Positions 1 through 8,746 of a stretch of 32,000 nt of DNA are shown here, piece by piece. Source of the DNA: an uncultured archaeon (GTDB lineage Archaea; Iainarchaeota; Iainarchaeia; Iainarchaeales; CSSED10-239); contig CAZQEL010000004.1 of the NCBI GenBank assembly GCA_964591795.1, forward strand, positions 1 through 32,000, given 5' to 3'. The translations under genes were made by a program, and so were the position numbers. The notes beneath the pieces are model-generated. The model saw nothing but the letters and a program-made list of their open reading frames with translations, had not been told where the DNA came from and searched no databases. The stretch's first letter is position 1, and each line of letters begins with the position of its first letter.

Positions 1-555
1 AAATTTGCAAAAGATTTAATTAAATATTCAAAAAATAAAAAAGAACTTGCTTTTGGAATTGGTTTTTTATCACATTTTATATTAGATATGCAAATACATA
101 ATTATTTAAGAAAAATAAAACAATTACAAAATATTAACCACCTAGTTATTGAACATTTTTTAGATTCTAAATTTAAAGGATATATGCCTTTAATTAAATT
201 TCCTAAAAAATTAATGAGAAAAATTTTAAAAAAAGAACATCCCAAATTTTATCATCAATATATGAATCAACTTAATTTTACAATATTTACTCCTTATTTA
301 TACAAAATATATAATTTTATAAATCATTTTATAATTACAAGAAAATATAAATCAAGATGGAATACAAAAAAATTAATGATTTGGGATCCAATATTATGGC
401 TAGCTTATTATAAACCAGTTAAAAGAATTGGTTTTAAAAATTTAAACAAACTAGTATATCCAGATTATAATCTTAAAGAAAAATACATTTCTAAAATCGA
501 AATAGAAATTAAAAAAGCAAGAAAAAAGTTTATAAAAGAAATTAAAATGATTTAA
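1..555 (+). CDS. 3' part of a CDS entering from the left edge; hypothetical protein with a His/Asp patch reminiscent of zinc-dependent phospholipase C-like hydrolases
   Basis: Frame 1 is open from base 1 (KFAKDLIKYSKNKKELAFGIGFLSHFILDMQIHNYL...), so the ATG at 88 is internal. Stop at 553-555. GFLSHFILDxxxH resembles the metal-binding patch of the Zn-PLC-like family (from memory, weak). Confidence 0.35.
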   Translation, partial: KFAKDLIKYSKNKKELAFGIGFLSHFILDMQIHNYLRKIKQLQNINHLVIEHFLDSKFKGYMPLIKFPKKLMRKILKKEHPKFYHQYMNQLNFTIFTPYLYKIYNFINHFIITRKYKSRWNTKKLMIWDPILWLAYYKPVKRIGFKNLNKLVYPDYNLKEKYISKIEIEIKKARKKFIKEIKMI

Positions 556-663
556 TTACAAAAAAATATTTAATTATTAAATTTTTTATTTTATTTTATT
601 TTTTATTGAAATATATTAAATAAAACAAAGATTAATAAAATGCATTATTTATAAAGATATTAT

Positions 664-1410
664 ATGAGTAAAATAAAAAGAGTTTTTTTTAAAAAAGATC
701 TAACACAAATAATTAAACAAAAACACAAATTAATTTATAATAATAAAGATTTCTTTAAACCTATTAGTATTGCAATTCAAGGTAATAACTATTGTAGTCT
801 TGGAACTTGTGTAGCATGTGGAATTTCAGCAACAAATAATAAAAACAAAGCAAAACAATTACCAAAACCCATAATTTTAGATTTATTAAAACAAGCTTAT
901 AAACAAGGTATTTTCTTATATTACACTAACTTTACTGGTGAAATTACAGATGATTTAAACTTTTTAAAAAAAATAATATACGAAAATCCTAAAATGGATG
1001 CATATAAAATAAACACAAATTGTTTCAAATTTACAACTTTAAAAAAATCAGAAGAAATATTTAAAAAACTTAAAAAAATTGGCTGGACAAAAACAAATTA
1101 TGTAATTCCAATTTGTGCATTAAGCATAGGTATGCAAGAACATAAAGTACCACTAATTAATGTAGTCTATGCTATTAAAGCTTTTAAAAATATTTTTAAT
1201 CCAAAAGAAGCTAAATTACGTATAAGTCATTATTACACAAATAACTTATACAAAAATACATTCAAAAGATTACAAAAATTATACAAAGAAACATATGGTA
1301 AAAGTATAAATCAATCAATCTTAAAAAGTGACCCAATAACTTATTATGGACGTGCTAAAAAACTTCCCATAAATAATTTTAAAAAACAAAAATTTAAAAA
1401 TCACAAATAA
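664..1410 (+). CDS. Hypothetical protein, radical-SAM-like N-terminus with non-canonical Cys spacing
   Basis: 248-aa ORF with ATG at 664. ISIAIQGNNYCSLGTCVACGIS gives C-x4-C-x2-C rather than C-x3-C-x2-C. A later FTGEITDD resembles the GGE SAM-binding motif. No other recognisable domain. Confidence 0.4.
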   Translation: MSKIKRVFFKKDLTQIIKQKHKLIYNNKDFFKPISIAIQGNNYCSLGTCVACGISATNNKNKAKQLPKPIILDLLKQAYKQGIFLYYTNFTGEITDDLNFLKKIIYENPKMDAYKINTNCFKFTTLKKSEEIFKKLKKIGWTKTNYVIPICALSIGMQEHKVPLINVVYAIKAFKNIFNPKEAKLRISHYYTNNLYKNTFKRLQKLYKETYGKSINQSILKSDPITYYGRAKKLPINNFKKQKFKNHK

Positions 1411-1669
1411 ACATGAAGCATGTCAAATATTAGGTGAATATTATAAAAAAATAAAAAAATTAAGCTAAATCAACTTATTTTTATAAATTCATAATCTTAA
1501 ATTTAAAAGATGTCCTCTTTAATACATCTAATAATACTATTATTACTCATTAATAAACAATTTAAAAAAAATTAATAATTCAATTCTATATTCTGTTTCT
1601 TGTAATATTTAAATTATAAAATCCATTATAAATTTATAAGATCTAACCAATAATAAATAATTTAAAAAA

Positions 1670-1933
1670 TCATTTAAATTTATAACCACAAGTATCTTTA
1701 GTAATAAACTCATATTTGGTTCTAGGATAAACTCTACAATTTAATGGTCTAATTTCATATATAGAACAATAAGAAGTACCATCAGATCTATATTTTAAAA
1801 AATAGCACACATTTGGTAATTTACAACAAGCACCGCAATTATTACACTTACCAGTTCTATTTTTAGATATTGGTAAAATAGAAGTGAAAGTTCTTTTTAA
1901 TTTTGCTAACCAATTATCCTTTGTTTTACACAT
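1670..1933 (-). CDS. YkgJ/UPF0153-family Cys-cluster (zinc/iron-chelating) protein
   Basis: 87 aa. CNNCGACC (CxxCxxCC) followed by CSIYEIRPLNCRVYP, which matches the family signature as I remember it. Confidence 0.65.
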   Translation of the reverse strand: MCKTKDNWLAKLKRTFTSILPISKNRTGKCNNCGACCKLPNVCYFLKYRSDGTSYCSIYEIRPLNCRVYPRTKYEFITKDTCGYKFK

Positions 1934-2146
1934 AATTTATAATTTTAAAATAATTCTATATATTTATTATTAATAAAAACCTTAAAATATATTTAATATT
2001 AAAAATAAGTGTAGATAGAAATATAAAGGTAATTATATATTCAAAAATTTAATTTTTAATATTCTTAAGTAATGAATAAATTGATTTTGAAATATGAATA
2101 TTAAATATTACTTTTGCAAAATAATCAGAAATATCAATAGATTTAA

Positions 2147-2374
2147 ACCAAGTGTTTTGTTCTAAAATATAGATATAAGGTTTTTGAAAACTAATATCAT
2201 AAGATGTTGTTTGAAAATGTTTTAAACAATCTTGCGAAAAGTAAAAATATGTTTTTTTATGCAATGGAAGTTATATCGGACCATATACATATGTTTATAG
2301 AAGTGCTAAAAAATCTAACTATTGATTATGTAATAAGATATTTAAAATCTCAAACAGAAGTGATTTTGTATTAA
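2147..2374 (+). pseudogene. tnpA: Decayed IS200/IS605-family tnpA (Y1/HUH transposase) relic
   Basis: One frame reads TKCFVLKYRYKVFEN*YHKMLFENVLNNLAKSKNMFFYAMEVISDHIHMFIEVLKNLTIDYVIRYLKSQTEVILY*. KYRYKVF matches KYRRKVL and EVISDHIHMFIE matches the EVMPDHVHLL HUH motif. In-frame TAA at 2192-2194. The C-terminal catalytic Tyr region is missing and the 3' end abuts the phosphomannomutase stop. Confidence 0.6.
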
Positions 2375-3705
2375 TTAACTATTATCTTACTAATCTCTTT
2401 TAGTTTCTTTTTCATTAGATCTTTAGTTCTTCCCTCTAAATTTAATCTTAAGAAAGATTCAGTATGACTTAATCTAAGATTAAACCACCAATCCTTGAAT
2501 TCAATCTTTACACCATCAATTTCTGTTATTTTTCCTCTGTAATATTTTTTCTTAAGTTTTAAAATAATTTTGTTTGAATTTTTTATATTAAAATTAATCT
2601 CTTGTGTTTTAAAATATCTTTTAAATGGTTTAATTAGTTCTGAAAGTTTATTTTTTTCTAAAAGATTAAAAATTAAAATACATGCGAATATAGGTGCTTC
2701 AGAATAAAAAAAATCAGAAAAAAAATAATGCCCACTAGTCTCCCCACCAAAAGGTGCATTAATTTTATGCATTTTTCTTTTAATAAATGAATGCCCTACT
2801 CTATGCTCTATAGGTATACCATTATTTTCTTTAATTACTTCTTTAATTACCCAACTACTTGTTAAAGTATAAAATATTTTAGAATTTGGTTTCTCTTTTA
2901 AAATATTTTTTATAAGTAAAGCGGTTATCAAATCTATAGGCACAATTTCCCCTTTTTCATCAACAAATCCAACTCTGTCAGCATCACCATCAAATGCAAT
3001 TCCTATATCTGCTTTTTTTTTAATTACTTTTTTTTGTAAATCTTTTAATGTATTTATATCTAATGGATTAGCAATATGGTTTGGATAAGTTTGATCTATT
3101 TTTTTGTAAAGATATGTTGTACTTAATGGAAGTTTACAGAATACTTTTGGAGTTATTAAGCTTCCCATTCCATTCCCGCTATCAACAACTACTTTTAATT
3201 TTTTAGATAATTTAGAATAAGATAATATTTTTTTAATATATTTTTTAGAAACATCTTTTTTATAAATTTTACCTTTTTTATTTTTTTGTTTAAATTTTTT
3301 ATTTTCAATAATTTTTTTAATTTTTTGAATATCTTTAGAAACAAAAGGAATAGCTAAATGTTTAGCTAATTTAAATCCATTATATTCTGCAGGATTGTGG
3401 GATGCAGTAATCATCACTCCACCATTTACTTTTAATGTCCCTACAGAAAAATAAAATAAAGGAGTTGTACTTAATCCAATATCAATTACATCACAACCCA
3501 TAGATGTAATTCCTTTAATTAGATATTTGAAAAGAGAAGGAGATGATTTTCTTTTATCTCTACCAACTACTACCTTCTTTGATTTTGTTAGATAAACAAA
3601 AGCCTGACCTATTTTGTAAGCTACCTTTTCATTAATCTCAGAATCACAAACTCCTCTAATATCATATGCTTTAAAAATACAATTATTAAAACTATTTTCT
3701 TCCAT
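2371..3705 (-). CDS. Phosphomannomutase/phosphoglucomutase (alpha-D-phosphohexomutase family)
   Basis: 444 aa. Active-site Ser loop TASHNPAEYNGFK, Mg site FDGDADR, sugar loop GGETSGH. Start overlaps the upstream cupin gene by 14 nt. Confidence 0.9.
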   Translation of the reverse strand: MEENSFNNCIFKAYDIRGVCDSEINEKVAYKIGQAFVYLTKSKKVVVGRDKRKSSPSLFKYLIKGITSMGCDVIDIGLSTTPLFYFSVGTLKVNGGVMITASHNPAEYNGFKLAKHLAIPFVSKDIQKIKKIIENKKFKQKNKKGKIYKKDVSKKYIKKILSYSKLSKKLKVVVDSGNGMGSLITPKVFCKLPLSTTYLYKKIDQTYPNHIANPLDINTLKDLQKKVIKKKADIGIAFDGDADRVGFVDEKGEIVPIDLITALLIKNILKEKPNSKIFYTLTSSWVIKEVIKENNGIPIEHRVGHSFIKRKMHKINAPFGGETSGHYFFSDFFYSEAPIFACILIFNLLEKNKLSELIKPFKRYFKTQEINFNIKNSNKIILKLKKKYYRGKITEIDGVKIEFKDWWFNLRLSHTESFLRLNLEGRTKDLMKKKLKEISKIIVN

Positions 3706-4024
3706 ACTTATCTTCTAATTTAATTTCATCTTTTTCATCAAATGTGCCAAATGATATTTCTAAAATACTAACTTTATTTTTTTCTGCAATAATTCTATGC
3801 TCTTGATTTTTTTTAATAACTATTTCAGTTCCTACTTTTACTTTTTTTTTTGATTTACCAATCTGAACTACAGCATTATCAAAAAAGTACCAGTGTTCTT
3901 CTCTTTTTTTATGTTTCTGTAAGCTAAGCTCTTGTTTAGGTTTTATTTCTAAAATTTTAACAGTACATTTTTTATTTAATACAAATGTTTTAAACAAACC
4001 CCAAGGTCTTCTTATTTTTTCCAT
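3692..4024 (-). CDS. Stand-alone cupin resembling the type II mannose-6-phosphate isomerase C-terminal domain
   Basis: 110 aa. RRPWGLF...SLQKHKKREEHWYF...EHRI...LEISFG...EDKYGRK follows the RPWG/SLQ-H-x-R-EHW/D-YGR pattern of the ManC-type PMI domain. Overlaps both neighbours. Confidence 0.65.
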   Translation of the reverse strand: MEKIRRPWGLFKTFVLNKKCTVKILEIKPKQELSLQKHKKREEHWYFFDNAVVQIGKSKKKVKVGTEIVIKKNQEHRIIAEKNKVSILEISFGTFDEKDEIKLEDKYGRK

Positions 4025-5922
4025 TTAGAACACCTACAAGCATAAAGCTTTTTTAATAATTCATTTATCTTAATTGTTGCAACTCCTATTACCTTATCTG
4101 CTGCTCCATAATAAATAAATATTTTATCTTTAATCCCAACTGCACCACACGGAAACACAACATTTCTAGTCACACCCTCTTTTTCATAACTCTCTTCAGG
4201 AACAAAAATAGGTTTATCAGTTTTTGCAATTATTTTAAATGGATCTTTTAAATCTAAAAGAACAGCACCTACATTATAACTATGATTTTTAGAGATTCCA
4301 TGATATAATAAAATCCAACCTTTCTTTGTCTTAATAGGTGGTGCTGCAACACCAACTTTTTCACAGTCCCACCATCCTTTTCTTGGTTCCATCCAATTAT
4401 TTTCTTCTAAGTAGTTTAATATATTAAAACTTAGTTTAGATCTAGCAGATAGATCAATTCCATTTTCAATTCTATGAAGAATATAGTATTTTCCATTTAT
4501 TTTTTCAGGAAATAAACATGCATCTTTATCATCTATGTTTGCTGGTGATATTAGTTTAGATTTTGACCATTTCCATTTTTTATTAATAAAATCTTCTTCC
4601 TTAATATTTGTTAATGCAATTCTTGGAAAATTAATACCATCATATGCAGTATAAAGCATATATATTTTATTTCCGATCTTAGTAATTCTAGGGTCCTCAC
4701 AACCTACTTTCTCAAAGTTTTCTCTTGGAGAATAAATGGGTTTTTTATCTCTATAATCTATTTTAATTCCATCCTTAGTTGTTGCATAACCTAAATATGA
4801 TTTATTATCTTCAGATGTAGTTCTATAAATAATATGTACTTTTTCATTAAGATAGATTGCTGCTGGATTAAATACTGCTTTTTTCTCCCATTTATTATTA
4901 GTTGACTCTAGTAATGGTTTTTTAAGAGGTCTTTTAAATGATAGTTCATCTAATTTTCCTTGTAACATCTCATCTAGTAATGAAGAAAGATCAATAAATG
5001 CTAATGAACAAACAGTGTCTGCTGCGCCATAATAAAGATGAATTTTATTATCTTTTAATAATGCACCTGATGGAAAAACAATATTTGGTACAATTCCTAT
5101 TTTTTCATAATATTCTGCAGGAATCATAATAGGCCCTTTTGTTCTTCCAATTACTTTTAGTGGATTTTTAAGATCTAGAAGAACAGCCTCAATTCCAAAT
5201 AAAGGTGTATGTGTAAAATAATTCTGTATATAAGAGTATAGTAAAAGCCACCCCTTTTTAGTTTTTATTGGTGCTGCTCCAATTTCAACATGATCCTTGT
5301 CATTTCTTTGAAGTGATAAAGAAAACTTATTACTATTCTTTTCCCAGTTTTCCCAGTATTCTTTAGACCAAATATCCTTTTCTTTATCAAAACTAGCAAA
5401 ACATATTTTTGTTGGCGGTTGATCTGTGTTATAACTAAACAAAACCCATAGTTTATTATTTATTTTTTCTGGGAAAAGAGTCATTGCTTTTGCATTAAAT
5501 GTAGTAACAATATGTTTTTCATTAATCTTTTTAAGATCTTTACTAATTGCTACTGCAACTTTAATTCCTTCTGCTGAAAAAGGAAAAGTAGATAGTGCTG
5601 TATAAAAAATATAATACTTATCTTCAATCTTAGTAATCCTAGGGTCCTCACAACCAAATTTTTCCCAATCATTCTCTGGATAAATAAATTGTTTTCTTTT
5701 ACTAAAATTAATTCCGTCTTTACTTTCAGTAATTCCAATTATTGATTGTTCCATTGTTTTATCTGCAAAATTATGATAAAAATTAGAAGATATTGCCCTA
5801 TAAACTAAATAAATTTTATTATCTTTTTTAACTGGTGAACAATTAAAAACAGCTGTTGTTTCCCAATATTTCTTAATATTTGGTTTTAATATTGGATTTT
5901 TCTTATATCTTTCAACTATCAT
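4012..5922 (-). CDS. Tandem GH130-GH130 fusion protein (beta-mannoside phosphorylase/glycosidase family, two complete modules)
   Basis: Module 1: AVFNCSPV...GCEDPRITKIEDKYYIFYTA...YYGAADTV. Module 2: AVFNPAAI...GCEDPRITKIGNKIYMLYTAY...YYGAADKV. I place the start at ATG 5922; the ORF-track start at 5931 is GTG. Approximate module borders are 4972-5922 and 4015-4896. Confidence 0.8.
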   Translation of the reverse strand: MIVERYKKNPILKPNIKKYWETTAVFNCSPVKKDNKIYLVYRAISSNFYHNFADKTMEQSIIGITESKDGINFSKRKQFIYPENDWEKFGCEDPRITKIEDKYYIFYTALSTFPFSAEGIKVAVAISKDLKKINEKHIVTTFNAKAMTLFPEKINNKLWVLFSYNTDQPPTKICFASFDKEKDIWSKEYWENWEKNSNKFSLSLQRNDKDHVEIGAAPIKTKKGWLLLYSYIQNYFTHTPLFGIEAVLLDLKNPLKVIGRTKGPIMIPAEYYEKIGIVPNIVFPSGALLKDNKIHLYYGAADTVCSLAFIDLSSLLDEMLQGKLDELSFKRPLKKPLLESTNNKWEKKAVFNPAAIYLNEKVHIIYRTTSEDNKSYLGYATTKDGIKIDYRDKKPIYSPRENFEKVGCEDPRITKIGNKIYMLYTAYDGINFPRIALTNIKEEDFINKKWKWSKSKLISPANIDDKDACLFPEKINGKYYILHRIENGIDLSARSKLSFNILNYLEENNWMEPRKGWWDCEKVGVAAPPIKTKKGWILLYHGISKNHSYNVGAVLLDLKDPFKIIAKTDKPIFVPEESYEKEGVTRNVVFPCGAVGIKDKIFIYYGAADKVIGVATIKINELLKKLYACRCSKWKK

Positions 5923-5927
5923 ATTAT

Positions 5928-7031
5928 TCACTTAACTTTTCTTTTTAAAATCTCTGTTTTAAGTTTCTTCTTTTTTCCTTCTTTTAATGCTTTTAAAAAT
6001 TTATTTAGATTGGTGTGTGCTACACAAACATAGTTGTCAGCTCCACCATAGTATATAATTAATCTACCATCTTTGACTATGGCACCAGAGGCATAAACAA
6101 TACCAGGTTTACTACCATACATTTCATAGTCACCCTCAGGTTCAAGTATTGGTTGCTTTGATCTACAGATTACTTTCTCTGGGTTCTTAATATCTAAAAG
6201 CATAGCTCCTACCTTGTACTTCCAGTTTTCTCTATAGTCATTAGCATGATAAAGAACTAACCAACCATCTTTTGTTTTAATTGGTGGTGGACCAGAACCT
6301 CTTAGATTTGAATCCCATCTTCTTTTATTTGTTTTTCCTATAAATTTACTATTAATATACTCTCCTTTCTTAAAATCTAAACTATCAACATAAGCAATTA
6401 ATATTTTTGGATTTATACTATGAAGAATTGCATATTTATTATTTATTTTTTCAGGAAATATTACCCAGTTTTTATGAACTTCATTTGGGGGAGATATTAG
6501 TCTTGCTTTTGACCAATTCCATCTCTCATTAAGAAAATCATTTAGTTTTATTGATGAAATACCCATTCTTAATCCACTATCACATGCAGTATAAGTTAAA
6601 TATAATTTATTTTCATTACCAACACGCACTATTCTTGGATCCTCACAACCACCCCAGCTTCCGCCAGATGCAAATGAATAGTATTTATAAGGTTCAGATA
6701 CTGTTAAGTGTTGATAGACAGCATAAGGTAGTCTTCTATTTATTTTAAAGCCATCATAAGAATTAGCATAACCAAGACTAGATAACCAGTTATCTCCAAT
6801 TGCTCTGTAAAGAAAATGAATTTTATTTTTAATAAGAATAGCAGCCGGATTAAAGGTCTGCCATGCTTCCCAACTATTTTCTGGATTGGGTGATATAATT
6901 AGTTTATCAATTGATCTCTTTAAACATAATTCTGGTTTTCTAATATCTTTTAATATAGTTTTTGATTTTTTAGAAATAGATTTTTTTGTAGTACCTCTAA
7001 TAACTGTTTTAGACTTACTATTAGGAATCAT
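5928..7031 (-). CDS. GH130 family protein (single module) with basic N-terminal extension
   Basis: QTFNPAAI...GCEDPRIVRVG...LYLTYTA...YYGGADNYV. ATG at 7031 is preceded by GGAGGT 7 nt upstream; the ORF-track start at 7046 is TTG inside that SD region. No signal peptide or TM segment. Confidence 0.8.
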   Translation of the reverse strand: MIPNSKSKTVIRGTTKKSISKKSKTILKDIRKPELCLKRSIDKLIISPNPENSWEAWQTFNPAAILIKNKIHFLYRAIGDNWLSSLGYANSYDGFKINRRLPYAVYQHLTVSEPYKYYSFASGGSWGGCEDPRIVRVGNENKLYLTYTACDSGLRMGISSIKLNDFLNERWNWSKARLISPPNEVHKNWVIFPEKINNKYAILHSINPKILIAYVDSLDFKKGEYINSKFIGKTNKRRWDSNLRGSGPPPIKTKDGWLVLYHANDYRENWKYKVGAMLLDIKNPEKVICRSKQPILEPEGDYEMYGSKPGIVYASGAIVKDGRLIIYYGGADNYVCVAHTNLNKFLKALKEGKKKKLKTEILKRKVK

Positions 7032-7112
7032 ATTAATTACCTCCAAAACTCCTTATATATTATTAAAAATATAGTTATATAATATATCAAAACATTTTTA
7101 TATAATTGTTTA

Positions 7113-7673
7113 TTATTCAAGATTTGCATGTTTTTTGCCTAAATCCTTCTCTTTTATGTTTAGTTTATTCATTAGCATTATAATTAGAGAATCAAGATAA
7201 ACAAGACTTGATTGCTCAAATAAGGTTCCAAGAGGTTCAATGGATTTTTTATTATATTCTTTTTTAGTTTTTGCATTAATCTCAATAAATAAATCAATAT
7301 ATTTAAATTCTTCTTTTTCTTTTTGTGTTTTCTTACTAGTAATTAATACTATTTTTCCACCATTCTTCTTTGCTTTTTTAATTAGTATATTTGTAATTTT
7401 TGTTTTTCCTGAACCAGATATTGCAATTAGTAGATTCCCTTTTGAGATTGATGGTGTTATACTATCACCTATATGGTATGTTTCAATACCTAATTGCATA
7501 AGTCTCATTGCAAAGCTTTCTGATATTAGACCACTTCTTCCTTGTCCAGTTACAAACAAAGTTTTTGATTTGATTAATAGATTAATAAATAATTCTGTCT
7601 TTTTTTGGTTTATTGTTTTAAAAGAATCTTTTAGTTCTTTTAGTATTTTTTTAATAATATTATCTATTTTCAT
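7113..7673 (-). CDS. phi: 6-phospho-3-hexuloisomerase (SIS domain)
   Basis: 186 aa. FVTGQGRSGLISESFAMRLMQLG...AISGSGKT is a typical PHI/SIS pattern. Overlaps the hps 3' end by 14 nt. Confidence 0.8.
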   Translation of the reverse strand: MKIDNIIKKILKELKDSFKTINQKKTELFINLLIKSKTLFVTGQGRSGLISESFAMRLMQLGIETYHIGDSITPSISKGNLLIAISGSGKTKITNILIKKAKKNGGKIVLITSKKTQKEKEEFKYIDLFIEINAKTKKEYNKKSIEPLGTLFEQSSLVYLDSLIIMLMNKLNIKEKDLGKKHANLE

Positions 7674-8298
7674 ATTTTTTCATAATTCTTTTTAATTCTT
7701 TAACAACTTTAAGAGGATTTTTTGCTTTTGTTATTGCTCCTCCAACAATTATAATTCCTGGTTTATATTTAGCAATATCTTCTATTGTTTCGATATTTAT
7801 ACCACCAGCAACTGCAATTTTTTTACTATCAATAACTTTTGATAGTTCTTTAAGTGTTTTTAAAGGTTTAATACCTTTCATCTGCATATCAATTCCTGAA
7901 TGTATTGCTATATAATTTGGTTTTTCTTTAATAATCTGTAATGCAGCTTTTTTGACATCCTTTCTCCCAATTAAATCAACAACTGATTTTTTTTTATAAT
8001 CTTTTGCAGCTTTTATAGTTCCTTTAATTGTACCTTCATAAGATGTAGCACAAACAGTACTATAATCAGCTCCAAACTTAAAAGCTAATTCTGCTTCAAA
8101 ATATCCTGTGTCCATTGTTTTTAAATCTGTAAGAATTGGTATTTTAAATTTTTTAAAATCTTTAATTAATTCTTTCATTCCAAATATCTTAATAAATGGT
8201 GTTCCTAGTTCAATAATATCAATATAATATTTTATTTTTTCACATAGCTCTAAAGCTTTTTTCTTATCTGTAACATCTAAGGCTAGTTGTAATTTCAT
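7660..8298 (-). CDS. hps: 3-hexulose-6-phosphate synthase (OMP-decarboxylase-fold family)
   Basis: 212 aa. MKLQLALD...IDIIELGTPFIK...DLKTMDTGYFE...VAGGI...IIVGGAIT follows the HPS consensus throughout. Confidence 0.85.
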   Translation of the reverse strand: MKLQLALDVTDKKKALELCEKIKYYIDIIELGTPFIKIFGMKELIKDFKKFKIPILTDLKTMDTGYFEAELAFKFGADYSTVCATSYEGTIKGTIKAAKDYKKKSVVDLIGRKDVKKAALQIIKEKPNYIAIHSGIDMQMKGIKPLKTLKELSKVIDSKKIAVAGGINIETIEDIAKYKPGIIIVGGAITKAKNPLKVVKELKRIMKKYENR

Positions 8299-8305
8299 AA
8301 ATTTA

Positions 8306-8746
8306 TCACCAATCTAATTTTTCTATTCTTCTTATATATTTTTTTTTCTTAATCTGTTTACAATCTATCCATACTTTAATTAATTCTTTTGCTTGATTGT
8401 AAATTAATGATTTTCCTGGAAGCGTAATGATGTTTGCATTTAAATGCTTTTTAGCATGTTGTGCAGTTGCTTTATTCCAGCATAGTACAGCTCTAATTCC
8501 TTTATATCTATTTGCTTGTACACTCATTCCCTGTCCAGTTCCACAAATAAGAATACCTTTATTGTTTTTATTTTTTTTTATTTTTGTAACTACTTTCTTT
8601 GCATAATCATTGTAATCATCATTTTTTTCATATTTATAAGGTCCAATATCCTCAAACTCTAGTTTTTGCTGTAAAAAGTATTTTTTAATTTTTTCTTTAA
8701 GATCAAATCCTGCATGGTCACTTCCAATAATAAAAAATTTTTTCAT
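8306..8746 (-). CDS. rpiB: Ribose-5-phosphate isomerase B (RpiB/LacAB family)
   Basis: 146 aa. IGSDHAGFDLKEKI...GILICGTGQGMSVQANRYKGIRA. ATGA start/stop overlap with prs at 8743-8746. Confidence 0.85.
   Translation of the reverse strand: MKKFFIIGSDHAGFDLKEKIKKYFLQQKLEFEDIGPYKYEKNDDYNDYAKKVVTKIKKNKNNKGILICGTGQGMSVQANRYKGIRAVLCWNKATAQHAKKHLNANIITLPGKSLIYNQAKELIKVWIDCKQIKKKKYIRRIEKLDW

Noticed and set aside
2049-2264. 71-aa minus-strand ORF from the ORF track
   Set aside because: It lies antisense to the plus-strand frame that carries clear IS200 TnpA motifs, has no motif of its own and has no SD. I treat it as a shadow ORF of the tnpA relic.
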